Positions 56,371 through 64,000 of a DNA stretch of 64,000 nt are shown piece by piece; the first letter of the stretch is position 1, and each line of letters opens with the position of its first letter. The DNA comes from Chloroflexota bacterium (GTDB taxonomy: Bacteria; Chloroflexota; Dehalococcoidia; UBA2979). The DNA lies in the NCBI GenBank assembly GCA_002707835.1, contig PANZ01000010.1:31526-95525 (forward strand), written 5' to 3'. The notes beneath the pieces were generated by a model. The model was not told where the DNA came from and did not search any database. It worked only from the letters and a program-made list of their open reading frames with translations. A program made the position numbers and the translations under genes.

Positions 56371-58296
56371 ATGACTATTTGGATAAATCATTATTCTGTT
56401 GTTGATTCGCAGGCTGTAGAAAATGGACCTTGGATAATTGACCAAAAAAATCAACGTAATGGAGCAGAAGAGCGATTATTAATTTTGGTTGAGCCAGTGT
56501 CTGATGATTCTGCTAACGTTTGTAATGAAGTAGCGCAAGCTGTCGCAACACTTTTTTTCCATGAAAAACTTTCTGTTACTGGTGCTTTATTACGCTCTCT
56601 TAGACAAGCTGACTATAACCTTAAGGAATGGAACAAAAGATCATTAAGAGAACACCATATTGCTGTAGGTTTAACTTGTATCGTTATTACTGGGCAAGAA
56701 GCAACTATTGCTCAAGTAGGTCCGAGTCTTGGTTATATAATTTCAGATCAACAAGCTAGTCCATTACGTACAAAGAATTATCCTGCAGCAATTCCATTAG
56801 GTGGGGAAGGAATAATTCAACCGTTATTTTCGAAGTTATCTTTGGATAAAGAACATATTCTATTCTTCAGTTCATTTTTAGAAAATACATTAAGTAAAGA
56901 CGAATTGGCATTTTGTTTAAATTCAAGTCCATCGCAATGTCTTGGGGAATTGTATTCACGCACTCGTGATGTGGAAAATATGGCTGCAATCATTCTAACT
57001 ATGAATATAGAAGATAATCAGGAGCAACCTTCAACTCACTACACTATCCCTTTGGATAGCGGTTCAGAAAAAATTGTTGCTATCGGTGCAGAACAAAAAA
57101 ATAATTCTTTACAATCTCGAAACCCTAAGGGCTATTTAAAAATGCATCAGTCTCGAAGTATTAGAGGTTTCTTTAGTTTTCGTAGAGTAGCAATGGCGAT
57201 TGTAGTAACTATGTCTTTGATTTTTGTATCGGTGGGTTGGACTTTTTTTTCGGGATTATTAGAAGAAGATATTGCTGCACAAGTTAATGAGTCAATTAGC
57301 AGTGCTAGAGAGAATGTCGCAATTTTCAATGATAGTAACGAGATAGAAATTCGTAGATTGGCATTAAATGACGCACTTACAGAACTCGAACGTGCGCGAG
57401 CACTATCTCCAGAGAATGATGCTGCAAAGTTATTACAAGGACAAATTTTAAATTTGATTCAAACTTTAGATGCAGCAATAGCGATAAAAGATTTTGACGC
57501 AACTGTTAGATTAGCGGGATTAATTACGACCCCATTCCAACCTGTTGATATTGTAGCTAGTAGTTCTTCGATATGGTTACATGACGCTGCACAAGGCCGT
57601 ATATTTGTGATCAGTCAGGATCTCGTCTCTGAATTTGTAGAAATTTACCGTGCTGGTAGTGTTTACGATTCTATTTCTGCTGGCCATCCGATGGTTTTAA
57701 CTTTTGATTCAACTAATGAACGTTTTTTATTAATAGATCAATATAGACAGCTGTGGAGTATAAATAGCAAAGGTGTTGTTAGTTCGTTAACATTAAGAGG
57801 TATTAATGAAATTCAAGATATTACTGCAATAGATACATTTCAAGGTAATTTTTATCTTTTGGATGCATCTTCCAATGAAGTATGGCGATATGTGCCAGTA
57901 GGCAAAAATTTTGATTCTGAAAGATCTAGTGTTTTAGGTTCAGTTAGACTTTATAAACCATCAGACCTATTTGTTGATAGTTCCGTATACGTCTTGGATG
58001 ACGTAACTGTTCGTCGTTTTGCACAAGGTGTTGAAACTAATAATCTTTTTGAAGGAATTGACAATATTCCATCTGCCGTGGATGCAATGGTTGGAGCGAG
58101 CAATCGAGAATTAATTTTTTTAGTTGATAGGGGAAATGGACGAATTATAGTTAGTGAACAGGATGGTACATTTGCAAAGCAATATCAAAACCCTAACTTT
58201 TCTGACTTAAGGTCAATTGCCATTTCTGATGATGAAGACATACTATTTGTATTGACTGGTACAGAATTGAACTTATTCAGATTATCTAATAACTAG
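56371..58296 (+). CDS. Hypothetical membrane-anchored protein with an N-terminal PP2C/SpoIIE-like (possibly degenerate) domain, one TM helix and a roughly 350-aa C-terminal domain
   Basis: The N-terminal fold resembles PPM phosphatases (…LLILVEPVSDDSANV…GLTCIVITGQEATIAQVGPSLGYII…), but the DGxGG metal motif is not evident. The TM helix is AMAIVVTMSLIFVSVGW. The ATG at 56371 with GAGG upstream is preferred over the TTG at 56332. Confidence 0.4.
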   Translation: MTIWINHYSVVDSQAVENGPWIIDQKNQRNGAEERLLILVEPVSDDSANVCNEVAQAVATLFFHEKLSVTGALLRSLRQADYNLKEWNKRSLREHHIAVGLTCIVITGQEATIAQVGPSLGYIISDQQASPLRTKNYPAAIPLGGEGIIQPLFSKLSLDKEHILFFSSFLENTLSKDELAFCLNSSPSQCLGELYSRTRDVENMAAIILTMNIEDNQEQPSTHYTIPLDSGSEKIVAIGAEQKNNSLQSRNPKGYLKMHQSRSIRGFFSFRRVAMAIVVTMSLIFVSVGWTFFSGLLEEDIAAQVNESISSARENVAIFNDSNEIEIRRLALNDALTELERARALSPENDAAKLLQGQILNLIQTLDAAIAIKDFDATVRLAGLITTPFQPVDIVASSSSIWLHDAAQGRIFVISQDLVSEFVEIYRAGSVYDSISAGHPMVLTFDSTNERFLLIDQYRQLWSINSKGVVSSLTLRGINEIQDITAIDTFQGNFYLLDASSNEVWRYVPVGKNFDSERSSVLGSVRLYKPSDLFVDSSVYVLDDVTVRRFAQGVETNNLFEGIDNIPSAVDAMVGASNRELIFLVDRGNGRIIVSEQDGTFAKQYQNPNFSDLRSIAISDDEDILFVLTGTELNLFRLSNN

Positions 58297-58312
58297 TGAG
58301 TATGGAATTTTT

Positions 58313-59317
58313 ATGCGTGTTTTGGCTATCGAAAGTTCATGTGATGAAACAGCAGCAGCGATTGTCACGGATGGACAAATTATAGAATCAAATATAGTTG
58401 CTTCACAGTCAGAACTACATGCGAAGTATGGTGGGATTGTTCCTGAAGTAGCGGCACGAGCGCATTTGCAATCTATAATTCCTGTGGTTCGTCAATCTCT
58501 CACTGATGCACATGTGGAATGGGAAGATTTGGATGCAATTGCTGCTACCAGAGGCCCTGGTTTGCCAAGTGCTTTAGTTGTTGGATTTGGTGTGGCTCGT
58601 GGCTTAGCTTTTGGACTAGGACTTCCATTTATTCCAGTGGATCATATTGAAGGCCATGTAATGGCCAATTGGTTAATTCAAAACCAGACATTAGACTTAC
58701 CAGATCTACCAGCTGTCGCATTAGTAGTATCTGGAGGCCATACAGAATTATTACTAGTTGAAGATGGTCCTGTATTTAAGCGTTTAGGTGGTACACGTGA
58801 CGATGCTGCTGGAGAGGCATTTGATAAAGTAGCTCGCCTATTAGGACTTAGTTATCCTGGAGGCCCTGAAGTAAGTCGAGCAGCGTCTAATGCTGCGGTA
58901 AGAAAGATGCATTTTCCTCGTGCTTGGCTTCGTGGTACAGATGATTTTTCCTTTTCAGGATTGAAAACTGCAGTATACCGATCTGTTGAAGAGTTACAGA
59001 ACCCTGATATCAACGAAATTGCATGGGCATTTCAAGAATCTGTTGTCGATGTCTTAAGCAAAAAGGCTATTCATGTAGCAGAACGAGAAGGCGCGCGTTC
59101 TTTACTACTTGCAGGAGGAGTTGCTGCAAATATGCGTCTTCGTGAAATTGTTCAAGAGCGTTCTACTGTCCCTGTATATATACCCCCACCATTTTTATGT
59201 ACTGACAACGCTGCAATGATTGCGGCTGCAGTGCGTATGGAAATGGCAATTGTTCCCAATCGTTTAATTGATATCGATCCTACTCCATACAGATCTCGTG
59301 TCCAAAAGATTGGTTAA
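58313..59317 (+). CDS. tsaD: tRNA N6-adenosine threonylcarbamoyltransferase
   Basis: MRVLAIESSCDETAAAIV is present, along with a metal-binding HxxGH region (HIEGHVMAN). Confidence 0.92.
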   Translation: MRVLAIESSCDETAAAIVTDGQIIESNIVASQSELHAKYGGIVPEVAARAHLQSIIPVVRQSLTDAHVEWEDLDAIAATRGPGLPSALVVGFGVARGLAFGLGLPFIPVDHIEGHVMANWLIQNQTLDLPDLPAVALVVSGGHTELLLVEDGPVFKRLGGTRDDAAGEAFDKVARLLGLSYPGGPEVSRAASNAAVRKMHFPRAWLRGTDDFSFSGLKTAVYRSVEELQNPDINEIAWAFQESVVDVLSKKAIHVAEREGARSLLLAGGVAANMRLREIVQERSTVPVYIPPPFLCTDNAAMIAAAVRMEMAIVPNRLIDIDPTPYRSRVQKIG

Positions 59318-59343
59318 TTTTTTCATTATTCTTTGATCTACTA

Positions 59344-59370
59344 CTAGCACTCACCATAGCAGAGTGCTAA
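59344..59370. promoter_or_regulatory. CIRCE operator (CTAGCACTC-N9-GAGTGCTAA) upstream of groES
   Basis: It has one mismatch to the consensus. TTGTCG-N17-TAAAAT promoter-like hexamers lie immediately downstream at 59376-59404. Confidence 0.65.
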
Positions 59371-59450
59371 TATCTTTGTCGGCTCTTAATTGGGTCGGTA
59401 AAATTAGGTTTTATGAGATATTTCAATTCACATATATCTCGAGGAGGCAT

Positions 59451-61465
<2,015 letters not shown>

Positions 61466-61485
61466 TTTGTTTACCGATATACGAT

Positions 61486-61522
61486 AAAAAAAGAGGGCTA
61501 TTTCGATGGCCCTCCTTTTTTT
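61486..61522. terminator. Bidirectional intrinsic terminator between groEL and the convergent M16 peptidase gene
   Basis: An A-tract is followed by the GAGGGC/GCCCTC stem and then TTTTTTT. Confidence 0.6.
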
Positions 61523-61541
61523 GCTTTATACTTACCTCTAA

Positions 61542-62825
61542 TTAATCGAATAACACTTCCTCAAAAGGTTCAATTGATTGGAAAGGACCAACAATCGACA
61601 GGAAAGTTTTATCAGGTAGATAGATTTCTTGGAATAGTTTTTGAATGTCTTTTGGCTTAACTTTTTCATAATTTTCAAGAGCTTTTTCCGGTTGTATAAT
61701 TTGTTGTTCGAGTGTAGCCAAGGTTCCATACCATGCAGAAACTGCTCGAGTATTCTCCATGCTTAGTTCAATTCGTGATCGCATTATAGATTTAGCTCTT
61801 TCGAGTTCAAAATTTTCGATAGGGTTTGATAAATTTTCTAGTTCGCTGCGTATATTAGCTAAAGTTTTTTCTATATTTGAAGAATCAACACCAGCATATA
61901 TTCCGAACATTCCTGTATCTAATAATTGTGTTGAATAGCTATGAATATCATAACAAAGACCAAGTTCTTCTCTTAAACGAAGAAATAATCGAGATGACAT
62001 ACCTTCGCCTAAGCAAATTGAAAGTAAATCTAATGCATATCGTTGTTCATTAACAGAACTGATGCTTTCCATCCCTACGATAATATGAGTTTGTCCGGTA
62101 TCTTTTGAAATCAACCCACTTCGCTTGTTGTTTAATGAACGATTTGGTAGCCATTGGTTAGGTTGGCCAGGTTGCCAGTTGTTAATTTTCTCATTTATTA
62201 ATTCTATGGCTTCATTAGACTCAATTGCACCTGCAATAGAAATAATTGCGTTATTTGCAACATATTGTTTGTGATATGCACTGATTATTGTCGATCGCGA
62301 TATATTACTTACTGATTCATTATCGCCTGCGATATCTCTACCATGAGGTTGGTTCGGCCATATTAATGAGTCCATCAAAAGTGATGCTAGCTCTGATGGC
62401 GTATCCTGAACAGCTGCTAATTCTTCTAAGATAACACCACGTTCTCTTTCTATTTCTTCATCAAGACATACAGAGTTTTGTACCATGTCGAGCAATAAAT
62501 CGAGAGTCTGGTTAGTAAATTCGCTCGCAACTTTTGCGTAGTAACAAGTCATTTCTTTATATGTTGCAGCATTAATTGTTCCACCAAGGGAATCTATCGC
62601 GAATGAAATATCACGTGGTGTTGGTCTATTGGTAGTTCCTTTGAAACAAATATGTTCTAAAAAATGAGAGATTCCTGCTATCTCAGAATGTTCTTCATAA
62701 CGTGAACCTGACTTTAAGTAAATAGAGATCCCTACAGATCTAGCTGATGGTATAGGTGTAACTATTATTTGTGTTCCATTGTCTGAAGTGTGCTGGTGTG
62801 GTTGGTAAAAGTCTTTTCTGATCAC
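61542..62825 (-). CDS. M16-family (insulinase/pitrilysin-like) zinc peptidase
   Basis: The inverted zinc motif HFLEH is present. Length is 427 aa. Confidence 0.8.
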   Translation of the reverse strand: MIRKDFYQPHQHTSDNGTQIIVTPIPSARSVGISIYLKSGSRYEEHSEIAGISHFLEHICFKGTTNRPTPRDISFAIDSLGGTINAATYKEMTCYYAKVASEFTNQTLDLLLDMVQNSVCLDEEIERERGVILEELAAVQDTPSELASLLMDSLIWPNQPHGRDIAGDNESVSNISRSTIISAYHKQYVANNAIISIAGAIESNEAIELINEKINNWQPGQPNQWLPNRSLNNKRSGLISKDTGQTHIIVGMESISSVNEQRYALDLLSICLGEGMSSRLFLRLREELGLCYDIHSYSTQLLDTGMFGIYAGVDSSNIEKTLANIRSELENLSNPIENFELERAKSIMRSRIELSMENTRAVSAWYGTLATLEQQIIQPEKALENYEKVKPKDIQKLFQEIYLPDKTFLSIVGPFQSIEPFEEVLFD

Positions 62826-62829
62826 AGAT

Positions 62830-63474
62830 TTAACTTTCTAACCAAGCGACATCACCATGCAAATCAGGATCATGAGTTTTTGATGCGAAAATAGCATACT
62901 CTTCTTTCGATAGAGCTATTGTAGTGTCATTCCCATGGCCTGGGAGGACTAAAGTTTCATCTGGTAATTTATAAAGCTTATTTGTAATTGAGTTAATTTC
63001 TTCATTCAGCAAATCTGCGGAGCGAGTTCGCCCAGGTCCTCCTGGGAATAGAGTATCTCCTGTTAAGAGTGCACTTCCAATGTGTATGCAGATTGATCCA
63101 GGTGTATGTCCAGGGGTATGGATTATTTTTGCAGTGGCATCGCCGATTTTAAAAATTTCACCATCAATAAGTGCTTGGATATCGTATTGCTCATTTAAGT
63201 TTGTCTCTTTTTCAGATGCAAAAACAGGTGAGTCAGTATACTTTCGAAGTTCATCAAAACCATTCCAATGGTCTGCATGTGAATGCGTTACAACTATACG
63301 ATCTACATCCCTGCCCTCAAGAGCTTGAACCACAGCTTCGCTACCTTCCGGGGCATCAATAATTGTTACAGGTAAATTGGAGTCTGATGAGCTAATAATG
63401 TAAGCATTATTAGCTAGGGGACCTAGATTGTTTAACAGTTTGATTTCAATTAATTTATCGGAGTAAATAATCAT
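62830..63474 (-). CDS. MBL-fold metallo-hydrolase (glyoxalase II-like)
   Basis: The THSHADH motif is present. Length is 214 aa. Confidence 0.75.
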   Translation of the reverse strand: MIIYSDKLIEIKLLNNLGPLANNAYIISSSDSNLPVTIIDAPEGSEAVVQALEGRDVDRIVVTHSHADHWNGFDELRKYTDSPVFASEKETNLNEQYDIQALIDGEIFKIGDATAKIIHTPGHTPGSICIHIGSALLTGDTLFPGGPGRTRSADLLNEEINSITNKLYKLPDETLVLPGHGNDTTIALSKEEYAIFASKTHDPDLHGDVAWLES

Positions 63475-63489
63475 AAATTCTTATCCTTC

Positions 63490-64000
63490 TTAAGAAATTT
63501 CATATCGTGGTGCTTCAATCCATTGTGCACCTTCAGGATTTTCTTGTGCACGAAGTTCTTTACGTCTTCGCGTTGTTTCTAAACGCCTGGCTTTTTTGAT
63601 AATTAAGTCTTCTTCTCGTAAGTGTTCTATGTCACGTTGTATTTTATTTTTATTTTTAGCACGACGTGGCTTACCTTCGTGGACAATAATTCTTTGTTCA
63701 TCTTTTAGTTGTACGAGATGACTACGTACATTTCCATCTGCTGCTCTACGTAGTCTTGTGTCGATATCAGGATAAAGCTCGAGCATTATTTCCCAACTTG
63801 TAAGTTGCTTTTTACTACTGAGCACATTCATGATTTGTTGTTCACGAAGATTTCTATGATCGATATACTGTTGTATACGTTCTCGTGGGTTATAAATTAT
63901 TTTCCCATGACCGGGGCAAATTACATCTAACTTTGGTAGTTCTAGTAGGCGTTGTAGGCTTCTACGATAATGTCCTAGATTCCATACAGTTGTGGTTGAA
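63490..64000 (-). CDS. MBL-fold metallo-hydrolase, C-terminal part with a basic tail; 5' end lies beyond the window
   Basis: The minus-strand frame stays open from 63831 up to 64000 and encodes …TVWNLGHYRRSLQRLLELPKLDVICPGHGKII…, an MBL C-terminal half. The ORF track's M at 63831 is internal. Confidence 0.55.
   Translation of the reverse strand, partial: STTTVWNLGHYRRSLQRLLELPKLDVICPGHGKIIYNPRERIQQYIDHRNLREQQIMNVLSSKKQLTSWEIMLELYPDIDTRLRRAADGNVRSHLVQLKDEQRIIVHEGKPRRAKNKNKIQRDIEHLREEDLIIKKARRLETTRRRKELRAQENPEGAQWIEAPRYEIS

Noticed and set aside
59364-59450. Track start for groES at 59364 (MLISLSALNWVGKIRF…).
   Set aside because: GroES proteins are about 95-100 aa. A GTG at 59451 is preceded by GAGGAGG at ideal spacing, and the extension would run through the CIRCE/promoter region.

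Overview
This 64-kb window comes from an AT-rich bacterial chromosome and is mostly core housekeeping genes. The gene order is Firmicutes-like: hrcA-grpE-dnaK-dnaJ-prmA with CIRCE operators, pyrG...tal-rho, dapB-asd-dapA, groES-groEL and fabH/fabF. I saw no rRNA, tRNA, CRISPR array, transposase or integrase. The less ordinary content is as follows. (i) Two convergent, paralogous MoxR(AAA+)-DUF58 modules whose 3' ends overlap by 24 bp. One is Bat-like with two VWA proteins. The other carries a membrane transglutaminase-like protein whose catalytic Cys/Asp appear substituted. (ii) A FabF-like ketosynthase paralogue downstream of fabH lacks the Cys-His-His triad, while a canonical fabF sits elsewhere in the window. 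(iii) A gluconeogenic trio (class I FBPase, class I aldolase, and an FBP aldolase/phosphatase-like ORF) in which the third gene has no canonical start codon and shows substitutions at recalled catalytic positions. (iv) A GC-rich, structured-looking leader lies upstream of a LysM/M23 peptidase. (v) A 310-bp intergenic region contains a perfect 20-bp-stem hairpin, a 20-bp palindrome and a 42-codon basic ORF. (vi) A tungsten-type aldehyde:ferredoxin oxidoreductase sits divergent from a CitE/HpcH-like gene. All identifications rest on reading the supplied translations against remembered family motifs; no database search was run.
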